From Bacillota bacterium (GTDB taxonomy: Bacteria > Bacillota > SHA-98 > UBA4971): a stretch of 64,000 nucleotides of DNA. Where the stretch lies: NCBI GenBank assembly GCA_012689375.1, contig JAAZLO010000088.1, positions 1,731 to 65,730 of the forward strand, in the 5' to 3' direction. Each line of letters begins with the position of its first letter. Position 1 is the first letter of the stretch. Below are positions 1-9,202 of this stretch, piece by piece. The notes beneath the pieces are model-generated. The model was given only the letters and a program-made list of their open reading frames with translations. It was not told where the DNA came from and searched no databases. The translations under genes and the position numbers were made by a program.

Positions 1-855
1 CTTAGCCCTCATTTCCTCTGCTTCTTTCACAATAAAGACTTCATTTTTTACACCGGTGTTAACCTTAACATCTCTTATTATTTGATCAACAGTCCCGAAT
101 TCCGTCAAAAGATTGACCCTGGTAGGAAGATATAACCCCTTTTCCACCTGGGTTACGGTTATTTCCCCTCTTGGGTTTCCTTTTAGATCAAATGCAGTCA
201 GTATGTAGCTGTCCCAATCCTGCCTGATTTCAGTTGTTGCTTTTTTAAGTTTTAAGAGTGTTTGTTCACCAAGGATATTACGTGTTTCAGCTTGGAGAAT
301 TAAGAATTTTATGTTGTCAATCCAAAAAACTTCAGGTTCTTCCGCCGGTTCAAATCTTTTTCCGGCAATCAACGTATAAGCAACCCTATCCTCTATGTTT
401 ACTTTATCATTAAGGGCGACAACATATGTCTGGGCAATGTTATCCCTAACGAACCTTAGCATAAAGTTAAGGACTTCAAGGCCTTGTATTGTAAGGGTAT
501 CATATGCTTTCCAAGTACCGTCCTTATTAACAATAACACCCGCCCCTTCTGATTGCACTATTTTAGTGCCTTCATAAGTTTTGGGTGCCAGATAAGTCAC
601 ACTGTACATATCAGGACGTTTAAAAATCACTTTTGCTATAACAGTCTCACTTACACCTTTTCTGTTATAGACTGACTCAAGAGTACATTCAAAATCTTTT
701 ATTTGTGCAGTTGCTTGTGACATCTGCTTTAGGAAGCTATCAACATTAACACGTTTTGCAAAAACTTGAGGCATGCCTGCTAAAAGTATCAGCGTAATAA
801 CAGCCGTTGAGATCCTTATAATTTTGGTTCTGAAAGGACTGTTTCTAATAATCAC
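1..855 (-). CDS. LolA-like / lipoprotein-sorting-fold secreted protein (3' end runs off the window)
   Basis: Manual translation of the minus strand gives 285 codons with no stop, from GTG at 855 to the window edge. It is absent from the ORF track because it has no stop in the window. A GGGGGAAG RBS lies about 6 nt upstream. The N-terminus VIIRNSPFRTKIIRISTAVITLILLAGMPQVFA looks like a signal peptide. The body resembles LolA/RseB-like beta-sandwich proteins, judged by eye only. Confidence 0.55.
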   Translation of the reverse strand, partial: MIIRNSPFRTKIIRISTAVITLILLAGMPQVFAKRVNVDSFLKQMSQATAQIKDFECTLESVYNRKGVSETVIAKVIFKRPDMYSVTYLAPKTYEGTKIVQSEGAGVIVNKDGTWKAYDTLTIQGLEVLNFMLRFVRDNIAQTYVVALNDKVNIEDRVAYTLIAGKRFEPAEEPEVFWIDNIKFLILQAETRNILGEQTLLKLKKATTEIRQDWDSYILTAFDLKGNPRGEITVTQVEKGLYLPTRVNLLTEFGTVDQIIRDVKVNTGVKNEVFIVKEAEEMRAK

Positions 856-993
856 TTTTTCTTCCCCCACAATTCCCCTGCATCTTGTAGCTGCACAAAG
901 GAATATTTATTTAATGTAGTGCCTATGCAAGTAGGATTTCTCCGGACAGGGTTAAGATTCCTTCTGAAGTAATCATAGCGTTTATTGGGATTA

Positions 994-2208
994 CTATGAT
1001 TCTATCACTCCCCCGCCCTTTGATTTTGTGCCGGGTTTGATAAGGCTTGCACGGGTAACGGCATTTTCCCCGAACTTATTACGAAGATTATCTATAGCAG
1101 CAGTGACACGCTCCCTTCTTTTGTCTTTCTCAAAGAGGGCGAGTTGGCGCATAAAGTCATCTTTCGCTGAAAGGTTTGTTACGGTAACCCCTATTAACCG
1201 AATCTTTCTCAAATGATCCCAAGCTGAGATAAAAAGATTTTTAGCTGTTTCATATATATCCTCATCCAGACATGTGAAATGTGGAAAGGTATTGGCCCGT
1301 GTAAGTGTAGCGAAATTAGAATAACGAAGTTTTATCATAATGGTTCTCCCCAGGAGGCCTTGTTGACGTAATCTACGTCCTACTTGTTGGGAGAGGGACA
1401 GAATATGAATAAGTATTGTATCAATATTCAGGGAATCTTCACGGAGAGTAGTTTCATGCCCGATAGATTTAGGAATATCCCATATATTGGGGTCAACCGG
1501 GCTGTTATCAATACCGCAAGCGAGATTATGAAGAACACGCCCGGTTTCCCCTAGTTTTTCTATAAACAACTCTATAGGCATTTCCGCCATTTCTCCTATA
1601 GTATTAATACCCAAAGACTTTAAAACACGTGCAGTTTTCTCGCCTACTCCATAGAGCCTTCTTATCGGGAGGGGCCATATGGTGGTTTTTATATTATCAG
1701 ATTGTATGATAGTAAGTCCGTCAGGCTTGTTCATGTTGGAAGCCATCTTCGCCAAGAATTTATTAGGGGCTATCCCTGCAGAACATGTAAGCCCAAAACA
1801 GTTTTTGACTTTAGCCTTAATCATATAGGCTATATTTTCCGGGCTTCCGTAAAGGCGTTCACATCCCGCTACATTAAGAAAGGCTTCGTCTATGGAAAAC
1901 GGTTCAACGGAAGGGGTATAGTTTCGATAAAGTTCAAGCAGGCGTTTTGATATTTCCCCATAATAAGAATGACGGCCTTTTACAAGTATGACCCGGGGGC
2001 AAAGGCGTTTTGCTTCCCTGATTGGCATAGCTGATCGAACTCCAAAGCGACGTGCCTCATATGATGCAGCTGCAACAACGCCCCTATCGCCGGAATCCCC
2101 ACAGACAATCACAGGTTTTCCCCTTAATTCCGGGTTTGCCTGTTGTTCTACGGATGCAAAGAACGCATCCATATCTATATGTATAATTACCGGTTTGCTT
2201 GAATTCAT
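994..2208 (-). CDS. dinB: DNA polymerase IV (Y-family translesion polymerase)
   Basis: N-terminus IIHIDMDAFFASVEQ plus the typical UmuC/DinB length of 404 aa and SIDEAFLNV motif. Confidence 0.93.
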   Translation of the reverse strand: MNSSKPVIIHIDMDAFFASVEQQANPELRGKPVIVCGDSGDRGVVAAASYEARRFGVRSAMPIREAKRLCPRVILVKGRHSYYGEISKRLLELYRNYTPSVEPFSIDEAFLNVAGCERLYGSPENIAYMIKAKVKNCFGLTCSAGIAPNKFLAKMASNMNKPDGLTIIQSDNIKTTIWPLPIRRLYGVGEKTARVLKSLGINTIGEMAEMPIELFIEKLGETGRVLHNLACGIDNSPVDPNIWDIPKSIGHETTLREDSLNIDTILIHILSLSQQVGRRLRQQGLLGRTIMIKLRYSNFATLTRANTFPHFTCLDEDIYETAKNLFISAWDHLRKIRLIGVTVTNLSAKDDFMRQLALFEKDKRRERVTAAIDNLRNKFGENAVTRASLIKPGTKSKGGGVIES

Positions 2209-2267
2209 ATCCTACTCACCAAACTAATGGATCCTGCTGTTTTAAGGCTTATATGGGAAAAACCTAA

Positions 2268-2870
2268 TCACTCCTTATCTAAAATGGTAGCCATATCACC
2301 ATGTCCTATTCCGGCAGCGTTGGCCTCATCAGTGTCTATATGGAAGTCAAGGGAAAAATCGTCTCTGATACGTGCAACCACATCACCGAATATAAGAGGC
2401 CTTTCCCCTTCAACCTTAACAACCAATGTATCACCGTCTGAAACCCCAAATTCCCCGGCATCCTTTGGTGTAAAATGGATGTGCCTTTTTGCAACAATAA
2501 CACCATGCTCTATTTTAACAGGACCATACGGCCCTACAATAACAATACCCGGTGATCCCTTTATATTTCCGGATTCGCGAACCGGGGCATCAATCCCCAG
2601 AGTATAGCAATCAGTCTTGGAGATTTCAACCTGAGTTGCCTTTCTGATAGGACCAAGGATCCTAACCCTTTGGATGATCCCCTTTGGACCTACCAGTGTT
2701 ACCCTTTCATCTGCTGCAAATTGACCTGGTTGGCTCAACTCCTTAATGGCAGTTAGCTTGTGACCGGATCCAAATAGGAGTTCCAGATGTTCTTTGGAAA
2801 CATGGACATGTCTTGCAGAGACCCCTATTGGAATTTTTCTCATGGTTTTCATTTCCCTTAAATCCCCCAT
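2268..2870 (-). CDS. pduL: Phosphate propanoyl/acetyl-transferase PduL
   Basis: RKIPIGVSARHVHVS and a second repeated half (VAKRHIHF) are typical of the two-repeat PduL fold. The true start may be ATG at 2852 or 2843. Confidence 0.85.
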   Translation of the reverse strand: MGDLREMKTMRKIPIGVSARHVHVSKEHLELLFGSGHKLTAIKELSQPGQFAADERVTLVGPKGIIQRVRILGPIRKATQVEISKTDCYTLGIDAPVRESGNIKGSPGIVIVGPYGPVKIEHGVIVAKRHIHFTPKDAGEFGVSDGDTLVVKVEGERPLIFGDVVARIRDDFSLDFHIDTDEANAAGIGHGDMATILDKE

Positions 2871-3049
2871 TCACGGCTTAGATCTTATAATAATTAACAT
2901 TACTATATTAGTTTAACACAAAAGACTTCACCGTTGTGTCTGGATTTCCTTCATTATTATCCTTGGGTAATGTCCATCCTTCATCAATTAGATGAATCCC
3001 GGAGCTGTTTGATGAATAGGATTAAGAAAAAGTTTGTGGGGGGATATAA

Positions 3050-4156
3050 ATGTCAGAAAAACCTACGGTGAGGGACTTTTTTGCAGGGGGGAATACAGCG
3101 TACGGATTTTATTCCTTATTTGATAATATTATGGTAAAAAACAGGAAAACGTTTATTATATTAAAAGGTGGCCCTGGTACCGGGAAATCTACTATCCTGA
3201 ATCATATTAAAAATACAGCGCTCGATATGGGTTACGATATTGAATGTTTCTATTGTTCTTCAGATAGTACGTCTTTAGATGCAATAGCAATCCCTTCTAT
3301 TGGTGCGGGTGTTGCAGACGGTACTTTCCCCCATGCGATAGATCCGATTATGCCGGGGGTATATGATCATATTGTTAATCTGGGAGAATGCTGGGATGAG
3401 AAGATTCTTCAATCGTATAAGCAAGAGATTAACGAGATCTCCCAAACAATTAAATATTGTTTTTCATCAGTTTATCGTTATCTTGCCGAAGCACGGCTTG
3501 CCCTGACTCACCTCAAACTACATACTGTGGAAACAGTTGATTTTAATAAAATTAACTTTGTTACTCACAACTTCCTTAAACGGATCCTCGGAGAAGAGGC
3601 ATACCAAGGTAAGGGTTCCGAGAGGCACCTTTTTGCCAGTGCAATTACACCTGAAGGTTTTGTCAATTTTTATCCTAGTATACTTGCAGGGTGTTCTGAT
3701 ATTTATTATATCACCGGAGATCATGGAATCGGAAAATCTACACTCCTGGAAAAAGTCTACAAAGGATTTCGTTTTAAGGGGTTTGATCTTGAAGTTTACC
3801 ATTGTGCTCTTAATCCCGAAGTGATTGATGGATTAATAGTCCCGGAAAGAAAACTTGCAGTGGTAAAAACTACAGATTTATATCCCTTCGTCTCGAGTGA
3901 AAAAAATAAGCCTGAATTTACCGAAACGATATCCCTTAATTATTTTACAGCCGGAGATTGTCCTTTAAAGGCAGACATGTACAGGGAATACTGGGATAAT
4001 ATCAGTTTAATTCTCAAAAAGGCCCTACAAGTCATGAAAGATGTTAAGTCCAACTTAATTCAAAGGGAGCAGTATTACCATAAGGCTATGGATTTCGATA
4101 AGGTCGACATAATTAAGGATAAAATTCTTGATAAAATATTTAAATCTGTAGGTTAG
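3050..4156 (+). CDS. Uncharacterised ATPase with two Walker-A P-loops (tandem-duplicated NTPase)
   Basis: GGPGTGKST lies near residue 40 and GDHGIGKST near residue 225. A GGGGGGA RBS precedes the ATG. No other recognisable domain. Confidence 0.7.
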   Translation: MSEKPTVRDFFAGGNTAYGFYSLFDNIMVKNRKTFIILKGGPGTGKSTILNHIKNTALDMGYDIECFYCSSDSTSLDAIAIPSIGAGVADGTFPHAIDPIMPGVYDHIVNLGECWDEKILQSYKQEINEISQTIKYCFSSVYRYLAEARLALTHLKLHTVETVDFNKINFVTHNFLKRILGEEAYQGKGSERHLFASAITPEGFVNFYPSILAGCSDIYYITGDHGIGKSTLLEKVYKGFRFKGFDLEVYHCALNPEVIDGLIVPERKLAVVKTTDLYPFVSSEKNKPEFTETISLNYFTAGDCPLKADMYREYWDNISLILKKALQVMKDVKSNLIQREQYYHKAMDFDKVDIIKDKILDKIFKSVG

Positions 4157-4305
4157 GTCTTTTGCATACCTTCATGAAATTTATGATAGGATTGGATCCC
4201 CACAAATGTCAAATAAAAGGAATTAGGGTGTTTTTGAAGAACTGTTTTCATAGCCTATATAAGCCTTGGCAGACACAGATTGTCCCTGGGGAGGGGAAGA
4301 ATCTC

Positions 4306-5886
4306 ATGTCAATTAAGGTGCGGGATATATTGGAATTGAAGCCTTTCACAGGAGCGACTATTGTAGCCGGTGAGGGGGGGTTAGACAGAAATATTAACTG
4401 CGTTAGCCTAATAGAAGTCCCTGAATCTATGGATTGGTTTAAGAGAGACGAATTATATATAACTGCCTTCTATTCCATGAGGGACAACATCGCCAGGCAA
4501 AAGGCAACCTTACAAAAGATTAATCAATGTAAAGCAGCAGGCATATGTTATATAGATTTATACGTTTATGATTTAGATACTAAGATAAAGGAATTTGCAG
4601 ATAATAATAAAATCCCTATAATTCGTGTCCCACATGCAGTGCCCTATAGCTCTATGATTTCTGCAATTATGGGTAAGATCCTACAGAAGAAAAATATGGA
4701 GATCCTGTATTCCTATCAATTTAAAGATAAGATTCTGAAACTGTTTAAGACAGGTTCGTTAGATGAGTTTTTTAATGTCCTAGAGGGATTAATCGGTAAT
4801 CCTATAATCTATATCAAAAAAGACGGGATTATCACTTCCCAGGCAGTAATGGATATCCCGCGCAAGGAAATTGATGATATTGTTGCGTCTGTCAAGGCTG
4901 GTAACGGAAAGGGTGTTTATGAATATAGTACTTATAATATCAGGGTAGGCGGATATAACGAAAAATTAGTCGTAATCAATTTAAGAAACGATAGCCTTAT
5001 CGGTAAAACCGTTAATACGGATTATACTGTAGATCATATAATTGAGGTTAGCCGGCTTGTACTGTCTTTCCACAGACATAGCTCAATTTTGGCTGACGAA
5101 AATAGGGATAAATTGGCCAATAATTTATTTAACACACTCTTGAAGGAACATTCAACTGATGAAGAAATCAGTAAGATATTAGCTGAAACAGACTTGCTTT
5201 TAAAGAATAGATTTATTGCTGTGATCTTCTCTTCAGATTCAACTTCTAAAAACAGCCTTTCGCTTCTTAAAAATGGGATTTACGGAGTTTTTCATTATAA
5301 AGAAGCTATTGTTTTCAACAAAAATAACATGATAATCGTTTTGTTGAGTACTGATAAAACTACCAATGAAATTAAGGAAAGAATATTAGTGGCGTTTAGC
5401 GGATTACAGAATTATTCAGCCGGATCGTTACTAAACAATAAGGATGATTGTGAGGATAATCTTTATATAGCCATAGGATCTGTTGCAGAAAACATCCGGG
5501 ATTTCAGGACAAGCTATAAAAATGCTCTTGAAGCCCTGGAAGTAATTACCCGTTTAGGATTGAGCAATACTATATCTTCTTTCGAAGATGTTTGTATCTT
5601 TTCAATATTGACTAAAAATAAATACGACAAAACTATTGGATTATTTATTAATAACATATTACATAACCTACTAAAAAAAGAACACAAGGTTTACCTGGAT
5701 ACACTCTATAATTATTTAAATTTAAATGAAGACAGATATAGAACTGCAGAGAAAATGAACATCCATTATAATACTGTTAAATATAGAATTGATAAGGCCT
5801 CCGGATTACTGGGAGTTGATTTTGGGACTAATAAATATTTGGTTTATCTTGCATTGGTTCTTTATAGTATGAGGCTGGGATTGTAA
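4306..5886 (+). CDS. PucR-family transcriptional regulator (purine-catabolism-regulator-like, C-terminal HTH)
   Basis: N-terminus MSIKVRDILELKPFTGATIVAGEGGLDR is the typical PucR N-domain. The C-terminal YRTAEKMNIHYNTVKYRIDKA is a PucR-type HTH. The start was moved to ATG 4306 because GGAGG lies 8-10 nt upstream; the 4162 start in the ORF track lacks an RBS. Confidence 0.85.
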   Translation: MSIKVRDILELKPFTGATIVAGEGGLDRNINCVSLIEVPESMDWFKRDELYITAFYSMRDNIARQKATLQKINQCKAAGICYIDLYVYDLDTKIKEFADNNKIPIIRVPHAVPYSSMISAIMGKILQKKNMEILYSYQFKDKILKLFKTGSLDEFFNVLEGLIGNPIIYIKKDGIITSQAVMDIPRKEIDDIVASVKAGNGKGVYEYSTYNIRVGGYNEKLVVINLRNDSLIGKTVNTDYTVDHIIEVSRLVLSFHRHSSILADENRDKLANNLFNTLLKEHSTDEEISKILAETDLLLKNRFIAVIFSSDSTSKNSLSLLKNGIYGVFHYKEAIVFNKNNMIIVLLSTDKTTNEIKERILVAFSGLQNYSAGSLLNNKDDCEDNLYIAIGSVAENIRDFRTSYKNALEALEVITRLGLSNTISSFEDVCIFSILTKNKYDKTIGLFINNILHNLLKKEHKVYLDTLYNYLNLNEDRYRTAEKMNIHYNTVKYRIDKASGLLGVDFGTNKYLVYLALVLYSMRLGL

Positions 5887-5929
5887 CAATGGTACAGTTC
5901 ACCCGGGGTGGGGGAAACCGTACCATTGT
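5886..5929. terminator. Hairpin between the convergent pucR-like and DUF917 genes (10-bp stem ACAATGGTAC/GTACCATTGT)
   Basis: Read directly. The stem begins at the pucR-like stop codon and the loop is 24 nt. T-rich sequence follows on the plus strand. Confidence 0.4.
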
Positions 5930-5974
5930 GCTTATATTCATATTCCGAAGGGTATGTTCGTTTTTTTCTTTATA

Positions 5975-7111
5975 TCACTTAACGATTGTCTCGATAGGTT
6001 TATGATCGAGATCGAACCCGAAGTGTCTCGGCCCCAGTACCTCAATCCCTCTCTTGTTATCGAATTCTTCCCTCTTCCGGACACCGAGCACAGCGACTTT
6101 ATGGCCTACCGCCAGGCTGGGATTAGCATAGGGTTCTCCGTCTTCGAGGTTAACAACAATTATCATATCCGGGCTGGTAACGTAGGGTTTATCATTATAC
6201 CAAGAAATGTGGTTTTCATTTTTAAACCAAATCTTAAACGTATCCCCTTTAAATTTACCATCCCCGGTTATGGTGTGAGTCCCCCAGTAATAGCCGTCCT
6301 TATCTTCCCAGTCTTTACCGGTAACTTCACCTGTAAACAGAACCCACCCATTCAGATAGTCTATTGCCGCCTTAACAGGATCATTATTATTCTCCCTGGC
6401 TTCCCTTATGCACTTACCTAACTCATAACACTCAGTGAGTGTATTTGGAACAATGATCTCTTTAACATCCTTGCCTGTCAAAAGAAACCCTGCCTGGCCT
6501 ACTAAACCAAAGGCAGCTGCTGCAATATGTTTTCCAATTCTTTCTGCCATATGATAGTTGCATGCTTCATCAATTAAGCATACGTTACCCCACTTATCGG
6601 TGCTGGCAATAGGCCACATATCCTTTTCAAAAATGTAAGGGGTAGTTTGTGGTATTTCAGGGATGGCCCTCCCGGTATAATCACCGTCTATGCATAGTTT
6701 TCCTATAAAGCTCGCGACAGCTAAAGGACCTGGAGTATTTGCGCCGCCTAATTCGATAGGGACAATATAATCAATCTCAACATCCCTATAATTAGAAAGT
6801 ACCTTTACTGCTTTTACCAACTGTTCCTTTTCTGTAAGCAAGGGCTTCTCCAGACCTAAAAATTGCATCTTTTTCTTTACTTCATCAGTATGAGGAGCAA
6901 TTGATCCCATTAAATAAGGACAAACTACTGTTGCATCATCAGGGACTTGGTTTATATCAACCCATCCAATAGAGTTTCCGGATTCCAATTCGCTCACCAA
7001 AGAAGCAATACCACTGTCAGGTGTCCCACCTCCACCGGTTCCAAATAATGTGCAACCGCGGACAAAGTCTTCAACATCCTGTCTTGTCTTCAATTCCATT
7101 TTGAAAGCCAT
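5975..7111 (-). CDS. DUF917-family protein (hydantoinase-associated family, function unknown)
   Basis: RGCTLFGTGGGGTP near the N-terminus and the overall ~380 aa architecture are typical of DUF917. Confidence 0.75.
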   Translation of the reverse strand: MAFKMELKTRQDVEDFVRGCTLFGTGGGGTPDSGIASLVSELESGNSIGWVDINQVPDDATVVCPYLMGSIAPHTDEVKKKMQFLGLEKPLLTEKEQLVKAVKVLSNYRDVEIDYIVPIELGGANTPGPLAVASFIGKLCIDGDYTGRAIPEIPQTTPYIFEKDMWPIASTDKWGNVCLIDEACNYHMAERIGKHIAAAAFGLVGQAGFLLTGKDVKEIIVPNTLTECYELGKCIREARENNNDPVKAAIDYLNGWVLFTGEVTGKDWEDKDGYYWGTHTITGDGKFKGDTFKIWFKNENHISWYNDKPYVTSPDMIIVVNLEDGEPYANPSLAVGHKVAVLGVRKREEFDNKRGIEVLGPRHFGFDLDHKPIETIVK

Positions 7112-7226
7112 TTTGGTGCCTCCTTGAAAATCATATTCTTATGGTTATCCCCATATATTGTCTTCGACATTCGTTTAGGATTCTACTTTATAAATAAAAC
7201 AAATATTTTTGTAATTTTTATAGTAT

Positions 7227-7255
7227 TTAAAACAAGGGGCGGATTTTTCCGCCCC
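7227..7255 (-). terminator. Rho-independent terminator after dctM
   Basis: On the minus strand, GGGGCGG-aaaaat-CCGCCCC is followed by TTGTTTTAAAT. Confidence 0.7.
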
Positions 7256-7320
7256 TCAGGTCTCCGGTATCTTTTCATTCAGCTTTTAGGTTAAGTACGC
7301 CAGGGAATCATTCCCCCGCC

Positions 7321-8598
7321 CTATTTGTACGCTAAACGCGGTAATAGAAGGGCTATATCCGGCAAAAAGGTGAGTATTATAAGTACAATTACACCTGCAA
7401 GAATAAAAGGCCACACATCGTGGATAACTTCGTCAAGGGATACCTTGAATAACCCGCACGCAGTAAAGAGATCCACCCCGAACGGCGGTGTAGCAGAACC
7501 GATTGCACAGTTTAGTGTAATTAAAACTCCTAAATGTATAGGATCAATACCGCAGGCTTGGGCAGCCGGTAAAAACAGGGGTGTCAGTACAATTACTGCA
7601 GACAGCGGAGGCATTAACATTAAGGCAACAAAGAACACAACATTAACAAGCATTAACACTAGTATGGGTGAAGGATTCATTCCTAACAGGACATGGGTTA
7701 TAGTTGCAGGTACACGGGTAATTGTTAATAACCATGCGAGAGCTTCACCGCCTGCAACAAGGATAAACACAAGGGCTGTTGTAATACCTGAACGATAAGC
7801 TACTCTGGGGAGATCTTTAAGTTTCATTTTCTTGTAAACCAGTACCTCAACAAGGATGGCATATACTACGGATGCTCCTGCAGCCTCTGTAGGTGTTGCT
7901 ATACCTGAATAGATACCTCCGATTACAATGACCGGAAGTAAGAGCGCCCATATTGCCTCCCTCAGGGAACCCAATATATCCTTAAACTTTGCCCTGGGTT
8001 CGACAGGGATTTTATTCCTCGCCGCCCACCACCATGCATATATCATAAATGCCAAGGCTAGCAATAGGCCCGGTCCGATACCTGCTAAAAACATCCTTCC
8101 TACAGATACACGGGCTACGATGGCGTACACTATCATGATAACACTTGGGGGTATCAGTACAGCCACATCACTAGCATTAACGATGGCAGCTAAAATAAAG
8201 CCCTTTGGATATTTTTTGGTGAGGCTTGGGTACATAGTTCCGCCTATAGCTGCAACTGCTGCTTGGGTAGAACCTGATACTGCACCAAAGAGAGTACACG
8301 CACCAATCAGTGTTTGGACCATTCCCCCCGGAAGGTGGCCAACAATCTTTTCAACGAAACCAATTAACTCTGATGATAGGTCCCCCTCTAACATAACATC
8401 TGCAGCAAATATAAAAAGAGGAATTGCCACAAGTGTAAATGGGCTTACACCGGCAACCATACGCTGTGAAATAACATAGGCGGGTATGTTTTTTTCAAAG
8501 ACGGAGAGCGTAGCAACAACAGGCAGGAGTTGTGTGATAAATAAGGGAACACCGAAAAAAAGGAGTGCAAAGAATAATATAAACAGGAATGCAATCAT
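7321..8598 (-). CDS. dctM: TRAP transporter large permease subunit
   Basis: 425-aa polytopic membrane protein of DctM type. Its start overlaps the dctQ stop by 4 nt. Confidence 0.9.
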   Translation of the reverse strand: MIAFLFILFFALLFFGVPLFITQLLPVVATLSVFEKNIPAYVISQRMVAGVSPFTLVAIPLFIFAADVMLEGDLSSELIGFVEKIVGHLPGGMVQTLIGACTLFGAVSGSTQAAVAAIGGTMYPSLTKKYPKGFILAAIVNASDVAVLIPPSVIMIVYAIVARVSVGRMFLAGIGPGLLLALAFMIYAWWWAARNKIPVEPRAKFKDILGSLREAIWALLLPVIVIGGIYSGIATPTEAAGASVVYAILVEVLVYKKMKLKDLPRVAYRSGITTALVFILVAGGEALAWLLTITRVPATITHVLLGMNPSPILVLMLVNVVFFVALMLMPPLSAVIVLTPLFLPAAQACGIDPIHLGVLITLNCAIGSATPPFGVDLFTACGLFKVSLDEVIHDVWPFILAGVIVLIILTFLPDIALLLPRLAYK

Positions 8599-9116
8599 AG
8601 TGCTACCTCCTCCTCCTGCTCAATACCTAGGTTGGCAGTACCCTCTTTTAAGCTTTTAATAGCCGCCCTTATGTAGTTTATACCCGAGAAGAAGAGACCT
8701 AAAGGTAAGGGAAGGTACATAATCCAAAAAGGTATTCGTAAAGCCGGGCTGACTTCTCTTCTAATAAGCACCATTTGAGTAAATTTCCAGCCAAGATAAC
8801 TCATGCCCAGGCAAAATACAGCAGAGAGGATACATATTATTATGCAGGCAATTCTTTTTTTATTGTAGGATAATCGATTAAAGAATGCAGACATCGTAAT
8901 ATGTATACCTTTTCTGACACATATACTTGTGCCAATAAAAGTGATCCATACTACAATGAATTTGGGTATCTCTTCGCTTCCCACCCACGACCACTTGAAT
9001 ATGTATCTGGTCACGACATTTGCGAAGACAATAACCGTTAATGCAAGAAGACCAATTGTAACTGAGGCCTTTTCTATTTTATAGATTAATGTATCTAACG
9101 GTTTAAGAAAGCTCAT
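8595..9116 (-). CDS. dctQ: TRAP transporter small permease subunit
   Basis: 173 aa with 4 predicted TM helices, sitting between dctP and dctM. Confidence 0.85.
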   Translation of the reverse strand: MSFLKPLDTLIYKIEKASVTIGLLALTVIVFANVVTRYIFKWSWVGSEEIPKFIVVWITFIGTSICVRKGIHITMSAFFNRLSYNKKRIACIIICILSAVFCLGMSYLGWKFTQMVLIRREVSPALRIPFWIMYLPLPLGLFFSGINYIRAAIKSLKEGTANLGIEQEEEVAL

Positions 9117-9149
9117 AATATGGTGGCCCCTTTCATCAGGCTTTGGCAG

Positions 9150-9179
9150 GCAGGGGCAGGTATCACATTCTGCCCCTGC
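9150..9179 (-). other. Intra-operon GC-rich hairpin between dctP and dctQ
   Basis: 10-bp stem GCAGGGGCAG/CTGCCCCTGC with a 10-nt loop and no U-tract. This placement after a binding-protein gene often acts as an mRNA stabiliser or partial terminator. Confidence 0.45.
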
Positions 9180-9202
9180 AATTTGGGGGAAGGATATAAT
9201 AC

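Noticed and set aside
4162-4305. N-terminal 48-codon extension of the PucR-like ORF, as given in the ORF track.
   Set aside because: It has no RBS. The extension is Cys/His/Phe-rich and unlike PucR N-termini. ATG 4306 has a GGAGG RBS and starts exactly at the conserved PucR N-domain.
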